The translations under genes were made by a program, and so were the position numbers. A stretch of 64,000 bases of DNA, taken from an uncultured Trueperaceae bacterium (GTDB lineage Bacteria > Deinococcota > Deinococci > Deinococcales > Trueperaceae). The notes beneath the pieces are model-generated. The model had not been told where the DNA came from. It saw only the letters and a list, made by a program, of their open reading frames with translations, and did no database searches. The stretch is taken from positions 384,001 to 448,000 of the forward strand of contig CAWFFU010000011.1 of assembly GCA_963815215.1 (NCBI GenBank), given 5' to 3'. This document shows positions 45,478 to 55,551 of the stretch, one piece after another. How positions within the stretch are numbered: the first letter of the stretch is position 1; the number at the start of each line of letters is the position of its first letter.

Positions 45478-46542
45478 TTACGGAGCGACAGGATGCACGA
45501 CGACGACATCCTGGTACTGCGGGTAGCGCGACTCGATCTCCTTGGGATCCATCTTGATGTCCTGCCAGACGTTCGCACCCCACCGCATCTCGGCCGCCTT
45601 GATGCCGTTGTGACGCGTCGCCAGCCAGGCGTTCGTGAAGGTCGTGGTGGGAACGTTGTCGGCATTGCCGTTGATCGCATGGATGATCGTCTGCGCGGCC
45701 AACTCCCCGATATGAGGAACGTCCTGCGCCACGGTGGCTACGAACGGGCTACCCTTCTGGAAGAGCATCTGGAAGCCGAGCTTGTCGCCGTCGATCGAAG
45801 CTACCTTGATATCGGTGCGGCCGGCCTGCATGATCGCCTGCACCGCGCCGGACGTGATCTGGTCGTAGGCGCCCCACACGGCGGCGATGCTGCCCTTCTG
45901 CGGATGAGCCGTCAGAAGGTCCTGCATCTGGCTGAACACCTTGGACGGGCTATGTTCGGTCGGGACTTCGTGCACGGTCACCTGCGGGTAGTCCTTGACC
46001 ATGGCCTGCAAGATGCGGCGGCGAGTCTCGAGCAGGGGCGCTCCGGGGACCCAGAAGGCATACACGTCGCCCTGGTAGTCGATGCTCTGCAGCAGCGCCC
46101 GAGTCATCATCTCGCCCATCAGCGCCTCGTCGCCACCGACCTCGGTGAGCGAGCCTGGTACGTGAGCACCGACGGACGTCGTCACGACGGGGATGCCGGC
46201 GGCGGTCGCCTTGGCGACCACAGGCGCCAGTTGCTGCGCGTCGCCGAGCTCGATGATCAGCCCGTCCACGCCGGAGTTGATCAGGTTCGTGATGTTGTCG
46301 TTGTGCTTCGTGGGATCGCCCTGTCCATCCGTGACGACCATCGTGCCGCCCGCCGCCTCGATCACCTGGCGAGCGCCCTCGATGACCCCACGGTTGTAGT
46401 CGTTCACGATCTCACGACTGGCGAATCCGATCTTGTAGGTCTTCCCGCTGGGGAACTTGAGGTCCTGCCCGAAGGCGATCCCCGCGAGCAATACCAGCGC
46501 CATCACTGCGCCGAGGGCCATCCGAATTCTACGTGGCGTCAT
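45478..46542 (-). CDS. Sugar ABC substrate-binding protein (RbsB-like)
   Basis: Signal peptide, GAGGAG SD and periplasmic binding protein type 1 pattern. Confidence 0.9.
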   Translation of the reverse strand: MTPRRIRMALGAVMALVLLAGIAFGQDLKFPSGKTYKIGFASREIVNDYNRGVIEGARQVIEAAGGTMVVTDGQGDPTKHNDNITNLINSGVDGLIIELGDAQQLAPVVAKATAAGIPVVTTSVGAHVPGSLTEVGGDEALMGEMMTRALLQSIDYQGDVYAFWVPGAPLLETRRRILQAMVKDYPQVTVHEVPTEHSPSKVFSQMQDLLTAHPQKGSIAAVWGAYDQITSGAVQAIMQAGRTDIKVASIDGDKLGFQMLFQKGSPFVATVAQDVPHIGELAAQTIIHAINGNADNVPTTTFTNAWLATRHNGIKAAEMRWGANVWQDIKMDPKEIESRYPQYQDVVVVHPVAP

Positions 46543-46984
46543 AATTCGCTACTCCTCCTAAGAGTGGATCTTCCGACGGCTGGAGTCCGACCCCGCCCAT
46601 GAACAGCCAGGGTCGCCAGATACATTCCGCTCCTCTTCCACCTCCCAACGCCAAACAATCTGCAGCAGCCCCGCGACCCCGCTCAAGGGGACCGAGCGCC
46701 ATCCCAGATGTCCTAAGCCGCTGGCCTTCCACTCATCAACGGAAGCGAAGGCGGGGCAATCGCGCGAGGACGCCCCAAGTATCCAGGTCCGGTTCTTGCG
46801 TCCTAGACGGCATGACCTCGTGGACATTCTGTTGTCAAGAATGATACGCAGAATCGGCCCGCGTGTCTAGCCCCTTGAGTCCGAAGCACAGTACAACCTC
46901 GCTGGAGCCAGATGCGCCCTACGAGAGCGACGATCGCAACGACAACCTCGTTCGGTCTGCGCCAGTAAACAACAGGGGCCAGGA

Positions 46985-48004
46985 CTAGCCAGTTCGAGGC
47001 GGTGGAGCCGTACTCCCACGTCCGATGAAGGTGCCTGGGAACACCTGCCGCACCGGGACGTCACCACTGGGCCCCTCGACTGCCGACACCACGATCCTGG
47101 CGGCCGCCCGTCCCATCTCCCTCGTCGGTTGCTCGAAGACGTCGATCGGCGGATCCACGACTTGCATCCACGTGTAGTTGTCGAAGCCGATCAAGGAGAC
47201 ATCGGCAGGGATCCTCAGACCGGACTCCGAGATGGCACGGAACGCACCGAGCGCCCCTGAGCCGTTGAGCGCGAACAGCGCCGTAGGCCGGTTCGGCAAT
47301 CGGAGCAGATAGTGCGTCAACTGGTAGGCTTCGTCCTCTGTCAGGGAGATGATGCGCCGGTACTCATCCGGTAGCGAGAGCCCTACCTCCCTCAGCGCTG
47401 CCGGGAAGACCTTCGAACGCTCATCGGGATTGATCAATCGGTCGTAAGCGCCCAACGCCGCGATCCGCCGATGTCCGAGGTCATGAAACCGGCGAACGCC
47501 CTCGCGCACGCAGCTCTCGTTGTCGAGCATCACCCGGCTGAACGGGCTGTCGGGGTAGTAGTAGTCGATCTCGCAGACGTAGGTCCCCCCCTGCGCCATA
47601 TGGAGCAGATAATCCAGGTTCGACGGGCCGTAGGCGGAGCGGATGATCAGTCCACTCACACGGTGCGCGTACAGGTGTTCCAGGTTCTTAAGCTCGAGAC
47701 TGCCACGGTACGCGCTGTCGAGCACGAGCACGCCGTACCCGGCCTCTCGCACCTCCTGCGAGATGACGCTCACGAGCTCCGCGAAGAACGGCTCTCGGAT
47801 GTTCCCCACGACCAGGCCGATCGAGTAGTTCTTCCCCCTCCGCAACCCGCCCGCGGCCTGGTTCGGAACGTACATCAATTCGCTGGCAGCGCTCTTCACC
47901 CGCTTCAGAGTGTCCGGGGCCAAGAGATGCGGCGCTCGGAAGGCACGCTTCGCCGTCGCATCGGAGACGCCCGCGAGCTTCGCGACATCGAGAATCGTCG
48001 CCAT
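46985..48004 (-). CDS. LacI family regulator
   Basis: MATILDVAKLAGVSDAT, YVPNQAA and IPADVSLIGFD. Confidence 0.92.
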   Translation of the reverse strand: MATILDVAKLAGVSDATAKRAFRAPHLLAPDTLKRVKSAASELMYVPNQAAGGLRRGKNYSIGLVVGNIREPFFAELVSVISQEVREAGYGVLVLDSAYRGSLELKNLEHLYAHRVSGLIIRSAYGPSNLDYLLHMAQGGTYVCEIDYYYPDSPFSRVMLDNESCVREGVRRFHDLGHRRIAALGAYDRLINPDERSKVFPAALREVGLSLPDEYRRIISLTEDEAYQLTHYLLRLPNRPTALFALNGSGALGAFRAISESGLRIPADVSLIGFDNYTWMQVVDPPIDVFEQPTREMGRAAARIVVSAVEGPSGDVPVRQVFPGTFIGRGSTAPPPRTG

Positions 48005-48393
48005 CGGGGCCATGTTATGCGACGGCACCAACTCCGTGCCAACCCCCAAGGACGTAGGCCGACGAGAGCCAGTTCAGAGTCCGTTACCAGATGCCAGGGC
48101 AAGCTCGGGCCGCGACGACCGCACAGACCGAAGCCCCCCTTGGACCCAAGAAGTGGCGGGGCTCACGCAGCGCGGACAACAGAACCAGGCTTCGGACTGG
48201 TCCGGGCCCAAGTGCTCCAGACCAAATGAAGCCGTGCCATGCGGCTGCCAGCAAAGGCAACGCCGCGGCCACGACATCTTGAAGGTGCGCAGAAGCGGAC
48301 CTTCCTTCCCCACGCCATCCGCGGCCCTGAGGAGCGCTGATAGGACCCTCGCGCGCCAACCATCCACAGGCCCGACGTCCCCACGCCACCGCG

Positions 48394-48801
48394 CTAGCGA
48401 TCGACCAGCAGCGGGTAGGGGTTGACGGCATGCCAAGCGCACGTGTCGGCCGGGCCCTCGTACACGCCGAAGTGCAGATGGGGCGGCGTGGTTGCGGCGT
48501 CACCGGTGTTGCCGACGTAGCCGAGCACGGTATCGGTAGTGACGTGCTGCCCCTCGCGCAAGTCCTCCGCAAAGGCGCTCATGTGGGTATAGAAGTAGCG
48601 ACGTCCACCACCTCCCACGACGGTGACGGAGTTACCGCCCAGGCTCAGGCTCTCGATGCTGTACACGAAGCCCGGCGCGGCGGCCCGGATCGGCGTTCCG
48701 GTCGGCGCGAAGATGTCGACCCCCTCATGCGAACGCCCCCCGGCGCGAGCGGCCCCCCAGGTGTCGCTCACCTGCCGCACGCGCACCCCGCCCACCGGCA
48801 T
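48394..48801 (-). pseudogene. M23 peptidase catalytic domain, probably 5'-truncated
   Basis: HEGVD and PHLH motifs. No signal peptide; it abuts the element arm at 48820. Confidence 0.7.
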
Positions 48802-48819
48802 GAGAAGGTCAACCCTATC

Positions 48820-48964
48820 TGACACCTTGTCCCGACCAATTCGGCGCGGGTTCGGGCGGCGTGGCGAAGATTCCCGCAAGACGACCATCACCGCCCGCGA
48901 CCCTGTCGCGCCGAGTCCCGATTGGTTGGAAATGGCTGCCATGACCGATATTCAGGTCTCGGTC
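48820..48964 (+). repeat. Right arm of unit B
   Basis: Matches 27207-27306. Confidence 0.85.
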
Positions 48965-49007
48965 TCTTGGTCAGCGAGTTGTAGGTTCGAGTCCTATGCG
49001 ACCCACC
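48965..49007 (+). repeat. att core copy 3 (degenerate tRNA-Lys 3' half; attR)
   Basis: TCTTGGTCAGCGAGTTGTAGGTTCGAGTCCTATGCGACCCACC, 5 mismatches to the tRNA. Confidence 0.88.
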
Positions 49008-49250
49008 CTAGGAGTCACGCGAGGGACGGGCTTCTTGGGAGCTCGTCCCCGCGCACTGTGATCGCTTGCAGCCCTGGCTCGATGGGCCACCACGTCCAAG
49101 ACTCGGTCGAACCGACTCGTGCCCGGATCCGCGACGTCCGCTACCCACGGCCGACGCTCGAGAGCGTCTTGGGCGGCGCCGGACGGGGCCGTCTCCGTCC
49201 GCACAACACGCTCGTGCGGAGGGCCGACGGCCCCACCGGGGCGGCAAGCA

Positions 49251-49724
49251 TCAACCGCGCAACCGCCCGCGGGACTCCTGATCGGGGTGCTGGATCAAGT
49301 AGGCCAGCCACCCCCGGACGCTCAGGTCACCCAGGTCGTTGTGCGGCACGATCGTCGCGGGGTCGATGCCGCGCTGGTCCAGCTGGCGAGCCAGGGCGAC
49401 CGTCTCGGCCCGTGTCTCGGCGAAGGCCGCGCGCAGGGCCTCGAAGCCCTCGTCGACGTCGGGCCGGTACGGGTGGTACGTGTCCTCGACGAAGGGCTCG
49501 CCCAGTGCCACGCGCAAGCGCCGCTGCCCCCAGCGTTCGATACCGACCCAGTGCGCCACGGCTTCGCGGTTCCCCGGCGTGTCGGGCCGGCCGTTCATGC
49601 GCTGGTCGAGCTCCCGGCCCGAGACCTCGAGCTCGTCCGCGAGCTCGGCGATGCCTTTGCCGCGGGCGTGCCGCTCGGCCATCGGCCTGCGCACGAGTCC
49701 GATCAAGCCTTGGATGATCCTCAT
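49251..49724 (-). CDS. DinB-like protein
   Basis: HWVGIERWGQRRL and HNDLGDLSVRGWLAYLIQH four-helix pattern. Confidence 0.7.
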   Translation of the reverse strand: MRIIQGLIGLVRRPMAERHARGKGIAELADELEVSGRELDQRMNGRPDTPGNREAVAHWVGIERWGQRRLRVALGEPFVEDTYHPYRPDVDEGFEALRAAFAETRAETVALARQLDQRGIDPATIVPHNDLGDLSVRGWLAYLIQHPDQESRGRLRG

Positions 49725-49794
49725 GGCCCAACCATCCCATGGCGAAGACGGGGACACCGCAAGCCGGGATGCGGGCCGCGGCCTCGTGCGTCGG

Positions 49795-50616
49795 CTACGA
49801 TCGGGGCGCGACCAGCTCTTCGCTGCGCTCCCAGAGTCGACGCGCGACGCCGCCGTCGTCGTCCTTGAACCTGACGGCCATCGGCTTGCTCTTGTCGTAG
49901 ACCTCGCCCGGCTGCCAGTCGACACCAGGCGTACCCTCGGCCAGCGCCGTGAGCCTGCGCCCGCTGGCCTCGGGGCTGATCATCAGATACTTCACGGGCG
50001 AGTGGTACACGAACCGCATCAGGCCGGTGCTGTCGCTCCCGAAGTTGGAACGAACCACGCCAGGGTGGAACGCCACGGCCGAGATCCCGTCCGCATGGTG
50101 CCTTCGATGCAGCTCGCGCGTGAACAGGATGTTCGCGAGCTTGCCGTTCCCGTAGGCGAGTTGCGGCTGGTAGGCGCGCTCGGTGTTGAGATCGGCGACG
50201 TCGAACTTGCCTCCGTACGTGTTGGCAGCAGCGCTCGTTGTCTGAATGACTCTCGCGCGGCCCGCGATGAGGCGCTTCAGCAACAGCTTGGTCAGGAGGA
50301 ACGGTGCGAGGTGGTTGACTTGGAAGGTCATCTCGAAGCCGTCCTCCGTCACCTGGCGCTTACCCATGATCCCACCGGCATTGTTGGCCAGGACATCGAT
50401 GCGGTCGTAGCGCTCGAGCTCCGAAGCAAGCCGTCGAACCTCGCTCAAGCTGGCGTAGTCGGCCACATGGAACGGTGCAGCGAGTTCGCGGGCGAGAGCC
50501 TCCGTCTTGGTTCGCGAACGCCCGACGATGACGACCTGATGCCCCTTGGCCGTCAGCTGGCGCGCGCTTGCCGCACCGATGCCGTCGCTGGCCCCTGTGA
50601 TGACGATGGTATCCAC
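49795..50616 (-). CDS. SDR oxidoreductase (retinol dehydrogenase-like)
   Basis: TGASDGIG, NNAGG, NHLAPFLLT and YGNGK. Confidence 0.9.
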   Translation of the reverse strand: MDTIVITGASDGIGAASARQLTAKGHQVVIVGRSRTKTEALARELAAPFHVADYASLSEVRRLASELERYDRIDVLANNAGGIMGKRQVTEDGFEMTFQVNHLAPFLLTKLLLKRLIAGRARVIQTTSAAANTYGGKFDVADLNTERAYQPQLAYGNGKLANILFTRELHRRHHADGISAVAFHPGVVRSNFGSDSTGLMRFVYHSPVKYLMISPEASGRRLTALAEGTPGVDWQPGEVYDKSKPMAVRFKDDDGGVARRLWERSEELVAPRS

Positions 50617-51159
50617 GTTCGTCCTTTCCCCTCCCCGGTGACGGATCGCTCGCCCATGCGCCGCTTCGCGCATGACCCTCACGGCTGCGACGGCACGTCG
50701 TCGATACTCCGCTGAACTCTACGTCCTCTGTTCCATGCCTTCGGAAGCCGCCGAAACGCGCTCGGCAAATCCATCACGGCGAACCCTCCAGCCTGCCATC
50801 GCACCCGAACGCGAGCCATACGACGAGACCGTCCGTTGCCTCGCCTGCCCCTTGTGGGCTCGTCGAGGACCGCGTCCAAGCGCCGCCTACCGGCTGGCGC
50901 GATCCACGAAGTGAAGGGCGTGCCTCACGAAGGCGCCACCCTCGTTACGCCTCGACGGATCCAGCGGGACAGCGGCAGGATCGACCTTGCCGCGTCGAAC
51001 GAACGTCGCCGGCGTAGGCATGCCACGGACGTGGCGGCCGCCGCGGGCCTGCACGTTCTTGCGGTGAAGACTCGCTCAGGCGCGCGGGTCGTGCGTGGAA
51101 CGCGAGATCCACACCGCTCGCGCGATCCCGGACGTGAAGGCGACCGAGCGCGCGCCGGA

Positions 51160-51189
51160 TTGACACGACCTCCGTACGATTCTTAACAT
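51160..51189 (+). promoter_or_regulatory. Promoter, probably leaderless
   Basis: TTGACA-N18-TAACAT ending 5 nt before the ATG, with no SD. Confidence 0.65.
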
Positions 51190-51194
51190 GACAC

Positions 51195-52508
51195 ATGAAA
51201 CGTACAGTTTGGTTGGGATATTCGCTGCTCGTCGCGACCATCGCACTTGCGCTCGCGTCGGCATCCTTCGCACAGTCGGGCCCTCCGACGTGTGGCAGCA
51301 GTCCTGTCACACTGAACGCCTACTTCGAGACGGGATTCGATCTTCCGTTCAAGCTCTCCGACGAGTTCACGAAGCAGTTCCCGAACGTCAAGTGGGACAT
51401 CAAGCAGGATCAGTTCACGAACCTGATCAACGAGACGCCGCGCTTGCTTTCGGGCGACAACGCGCCTGATCTGATCCGTCTCCCTACCATGGTTTCCTTC
51501 GCCAAGGAGGGCCTGCTCAAGAACCTCGATCCGTACGCCAAGGCGTTCGGGTGGAACGATTGGCCGGTGCCGCAGCTCAACCAGAACCGGGTGGCGGCCG
51601 ACGGTACCCGTGGTTCCGGTTCGCTGTACGCCATGGGGCTGAACTACAGCCTGACAGGCGTCTTCTACAACAAGAAGCTGGCAGCTGAGATCGGGATGAC
51701 CCAGCCGCCCAAGACGATCGCAGAGTTCGACGCGCTCCTGGCGAAGGCGAAGGCCGCGGGTCTTCAACCGATCATGCAGTGGGGGAGCGCCAAGAGCGGC
51801 ATGGGGCTTGCGTTCCCGCTGCAGCAACTGATGGCGGCGTACGGACCGGTTGGCCCGATCAATAACTGGATCTTCCAGAAGCAGGGCGCCACCATCGACA
51901 CCCCGTCGAATCTGAATGCGGCCCAGCACCTCCAGATGTGGATCGACAAGGGGTACTTCCCGCCGGACATCAACGCTATCGAGTACACGGACTCCAATGC
52001 TCGCTTCACCAAGGGCGAAGGCGTGTTCACGTTCAACGGCGACTGGGAGAACGCTGATTACGATACGAACATGCCCGGGAACATCGGGTTCTTCCTCATG
52101 CCGCCGGCGCAAGAAGGAGGCAGCCCTGCAGCGATGTCTGCCCCCCTCACCTTCGGCATCGCCGCCAATGCGAAGCACGCCGACTGCGCCGCATTCTTCC
52201 TCAACTGGGTTGCGACCAATCCGATCGCGAGGCAGATCGATGTAACCGTCGGCGGGTCCAATCCTGGCGGACCTGCGGACGCCTCCACGCCTTCGGTTCC
52301 GGAAGGCGCCGTGACCGCTCAGACCCTCGCCGCAGGCAACGTTATCGGCAAGGCCGGCACGGCGATGGACTTCATCGCCAATGCGACGAGTGCGATCTTC
52401 GCTCAGGGCTGGACCCCGGAGCTCCAGAAGATGGTAGGCGGCAGACAGGACCCGGCCGGCCTTCTGAAGGCTGTTCAGGCCGAGTACGGGCGAGAGTTGA
52501 ACCCGTAG
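51195..52508 (+). CDS. Carbohydrate ABC substrate-binding protein (CUT1)
   Basis: Signal peptide ending SFA-Q, APDLI, GVFYNKKL and FNGDW. Confidence 0.9.
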   Translation: MKRTVWLGYSLLVATIALALASASFAQSGPPTCGSSPVTLNAYFETGFDLPFKLSDEFTKQFPNVKWDIKQDQFTNLINETPRLLSGDNAPDLIRLPTMVSFAKEGLLKNLDPYAKAFGWNDWPVPQLNQNRVAADGTRGSGSLYAMGLNYSLTGVFYNKKLAAEIGMTQPPKTIAEFDALLAKAKAAGLQPIMQWGSAKSGMGLAFPLQQLMAAYGPVGPINNWIFQKQGATIDTPSNLNAAQHLQMWIDKGYFPPDINAIEYTDSNARFTKGEGVFTFNGDWENADYDTNMPGNIGFFLMPPAQEGGSPAAMSAPLTFGIAANAKHADCAAFFLNWVATNPIARQIDVTVGGSNPGGPADASTPSVPEGAVTAQTLAAGNVIGKAGTAMDFIANATSAIFAQGWTPELQKMVGGRQDPAGLLKAVQAEYGRELNP

Positions 52509-52549
52509 TCGATGACGTGCGGTCCGGCGTCGCACCCGGTACGACCTAG

Positions 52550-53500
52550 GTGAGCAAGACAACGAATTCCGGTATCGGCGACCCGACTTCCAGCCTCACG
52601 CGGCGGACCTCTCTTCGGAGCACGGTCCGCCGCCGTTGGGGTAAGAACGTCGGTTGGCTGTTCGTGGTTCCGGCCCTCTTGATGTACGCGACGTTCGTGC
52701 TTCTTCCGCTCGTGTTGAGCGTTCAGTACTCGTTCTTCCGGTGGAACGGCATCGGTGCCATGACGTGGGTAGGGCTCAAGAACTACGCGGACATCGTGAC
52801 GATCCCAGATCTGTTCGGCACCGTACTCAACGCGTTCAGGCTCATCGTCTTCTTCAGCATCATTCCGGTGAGCATCGGGCTCGTCGTTGCCGCCATCATG
52901 CAGCGAATGGCACGCGGGAGGTTCGGTTCAGTGGCCCGTACCGTCCTGTTCCTGCCGCAGGTCATCCCCCTGGTAGCAGCGGGAATCATCTGGGGCTGGT
53001 TGCTCTCCCGCACCGGCCTCATCAACGAGATCCTGAACGGAATCGGCCTGATTCATTTCACGCGGGCGTGGCTTGGCGATTTCGATTGGGCACTGCCTGC
53101 CGTCGGCTTCATCGGAACGTGGGTTCTCCTCGGACTGTGCACGGTCTTGCTTCTGACGGGGATGACCAAGATCGAGCCCGCCCTCTATGAGTCCGCGCGG
53201 ATCGACGGCGCGGGATGGTTCCGCGAGTTCTTCGGGATCACGGTTCCGCTCATGCGCCAAGAGATCGGCGTGTGCCTCACGGTTACGGTCATCGCCGCGC
53301 TCGCAACCTTCGATATCGTCTACGTGACGACGGGCGGCGGTCCCGGCCACTCGACCGCGGTTCCTGGGATACAGATTTACATTCTCGCGTTCACCGAGCG
53401 TCGTATCGGGTTGGCCTCCGCCTTGGCGGTCATGCTGATGCTCCTCGTGCTCATCGTTATCCTGCCTATCCAGCGTCTGACGAGGGACACCGGCCAGTGA
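52550..53500 (+). CDS. Carbohydrate ABC permease
   Basis: WVGLKNY and EAA loop LYESARIDGA. Confidence 0.92.
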   Translation: MSKTTNSGIGDPTSSLTRRTSLRSTVRRRWGKNVGWLFVVPALLMYATFVLLPLVLSVQYSFFRWNGIGAMTWVGLKNYADIVTIPDLFGTVLNAFRLIVFFSIIPVSIGLVVAAIMQRMARGRFGSVARTVLFLPQVIPLVAAGIIWGWLLSRTGLINEILNGIGLIHFTRAWLGDFDWALPAVGFIGTWVLLGLCTVLLLTGMTKIEPALYESARIDGAGWFREFFGITVPLMRQEIGVCLTVTVIAALATFDIVYVTTGGGPGHSTAVPGIQIYILAFTERRIGLASALAVMLMLLVLIVILPIQRLTRDTGQ

Positions 53501-54321
53501 AGGTCGGAACGGGCGAGCTCATCGCGGGTCGGGCGGTCCTCGTTCTGTTGATGGCGGTCACTGTCCTGCCCTTCATCAGTATCTTCACGACGGCGCTCTA
53601 CCCGTCAGGCACAGTGCCCGCTGGTCTCGGGTGGCCCGCCCATCCTCACTGGGAGAACTTCGTGAAGGCGTTCGAGGTCGCGAACATGACGGCCTTGCTC
53701 GCCTCGAGCTCGTTCATCGTCGTCGCCGTGGTCCCGGTCGCCCTGACGCTCGCTACGATGGCCGGGTTCGCGATCGGACTTCTGAGGATCTCCGGTTCCC
53801 GACTACTTCTGTTCCTCTTCGTATTCGGGTTGACGCTGCCGTTCGAAGGCATCATCGTCCCGCTGTACTACCTTGAGCGCTTCATCGGTGTCTACAACAC
53901 GCGACTCGCCATCGTTCTTCCCCTGATCGCACTCTATATGCCCTTCGGAGTCTATTGGATGCGTGCTCACTTCGTCGGGATGTCGAACGAGCTCACGGAA
54001 GCCGCACGTTTGGACGGCGCGGACACGTGGGCACTCTTCTGGCGGATCCACTTGCCACTCGCACGGGCCCCGATCGCGTCGCTCGGCATTCTGATGTCGG
54101 TATGGACCTGGAACCAGTTCCTGCTCGCGCTCGTCCTGGTCGAGGATCCGACCAAGCGCACGATGGCAGGCGCGCTCGGCGCGTTCCAGGGCCACTACGC
54201 AACCAACGTCCCCCTGTTGTGTGCGGGCACGGTCCTCATCCTCGTGCCGACGCTTGTCATCTTCATCCTGTTCCAGCGCCAGATCATCACTGCGCTCATG
54301 CAGGGATCCGTGAAGGGGTGA
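53497..54321 (+). CDS. Carbohydrate ABC permease
   Basis: GTGA overlap, EAARLDGA and WNQFL. Confidence 0.92.
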   Translation: MKVGTGELIAGRAVLVLLMAVTVLPFISIFTTALYPSGTVPAGLGWPAHPHWENFVKAFEVANMTALLASSSFIVVAVVPVALTLATMAGFAIGLLRISGSRLLLFLFVFGLTLPFEGIIVPLYYLERFIGVYNTRLAIVLPLIALYMPFGVYWMRAHFVGMSNELTEAARLDGADTWALFWRIHLPLARAPIASLGILMSVWTWNQFLLALVLVEDPTKRTMAGALGAFQGHYATNVPLLCAGTVLILVPTLVIFILFQRQIITALMQGSVKG

Positions 54322-54425
54322 GCGGGCTGCTCGACGTCAGCACCGCTCGCCTAGGATCCAGACCCTCAAGATCCGCTGCTCGAAGTCGAACCTAGGCCGG
54401 GCCTCAGTAGAGCCGGAGTCGTGCC

Positions 54426-55253
54426 GTGAGCAAAGAACTCGACAATTCACTCAGGTACATCCACCCCCGTCGACTCTGCTCGGCCCTACCGGGTGTCGAG
54501 AAGATGGCCGCCGAGAACCCAGCCGCCCTCTACGGTGTCGAGGAGGCAACCTTCCTGTCAGCACGCGAACGCCTCCGTACCCACCAGTCGCAAGCCGTCC
54601 GCCAGCTGATCAAGACTCCGGAGTTCGAGGCGTTCAGCAGACGGCCGCGACTCGACCGCGGCGACGTCGTCCTCGCGATCGGTGACAGCCTCACAGACGA
54701 CAGCCTTTCTTGGATTGAACTCATCCGCGGATCGATCCTCGAGGCGAAAGGCCCGTCCTACGCAAGCGTGATCAACGTTGGCGTGTCTGGATTCACGACG
54801 AGCGACGTGCTGAGCAACCTCATACCCCACCTCAAGGCATACCCCAACTGGGTCATCTTCATGATCGGTACCAACGATGCCCGCCGTCACGGTTGGAACC
54901 GATCACACCCGTTACACGGTGCCTCCCAAACCCAACAGAACCTCGCGGCAATCGTTGCTCTCACATCCGAGAAGACTACGGCCGAGCAATTGTGGCTCAC
55001 CCCCCCACCGGTCCTGGAGGGCCAGCAACACGACCACTGGCTACTGCGCGACCAAGAGATCTGGTACTCGAACCAGGACCTCGGCGTCATCGCCTCGCTC
55101 GTGAAGCGGCAGCCCGCGGCCACGATCGATCTCTGGCCTGACTTCACAGGACAACGGCGAGGAGTCTTGTACTCGGAAGATGGGGTGCACCTCACGGCAG
55201 AGGGGCAGATCGTCGTGGCGCGTCGCGTCCTTGCACACCTCACGAGTCCGTAG
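54426..55253 (+). CDS. SGNH/GDSL hydrolase
   Basis: GDSLT, GVSG, GTND and DGVH blocks. Confidence 0.88.
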   Translation: MSKELDNSLRYIHPRRLCSALPGVEKMAAENPAALYGVEEATFLSARERLRTHQSQAVRQLIKTPEFEAFSRRPRLDRGDVVLAIGDSLTDDSLSWIELIRGSILEAKGPSYASVINVGVSGFTTSDVLSNLIPHLKAYPNWVIFMIGTNDARRHGWNRSHPLHGASQTQQNLAAIVALTSEKTTAEQLWLTPPPVLEGQQHDHWLLRDQEIWYSNQDLGVIASLVKRQPAATIDLWPDFTGQRRGVLYSEDGVHLTAEGQIVVARRVLAHLTSP

Positions 55254-55551
55254 GCGAGAAGAACGATCCTATGGCACGTGACTTTGGGCGGGAGAGCGGT
55301 GACGGTGCGCCAGGGCATGGCGCCGGTTGTCAAGGTCGCTCGGCCGCAACGGCCGTGGAGCCTGATAGCCGATCAGTGTCGGTACACGGGACCCGCACGC
55401 GTTGGCGTGACCCCGGAATCGAGGTTCCCGCGAACGTCCGGCAGGGTACCGGCGGCGAGCAGTGGAACGGCATCGAGCGAATCCTCTCCGACGCGGCCGG
55501 GGTTCGGGCCAGTGGACACCGTTCGGTGGCCACGTCCTCGCGGCACGCTCG

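Larger units (their letters stand above)
27393..49007. mobile_element. Integrative unit B (no integrase seen, 21.6 kb)
   Basis: The left arm 27393-27483 matches 25003-25093. A right arm and a third att copy lie at 48820-49007. The cargo is mosaic. Confidence 0.75.

Noticed and set aside
48802..48942. N-terminal extension of the M23 ORF, similar to ORF 27129-27350
   Set aside because: The similarity comes from the shared non-coding right arm, not from a protein family.
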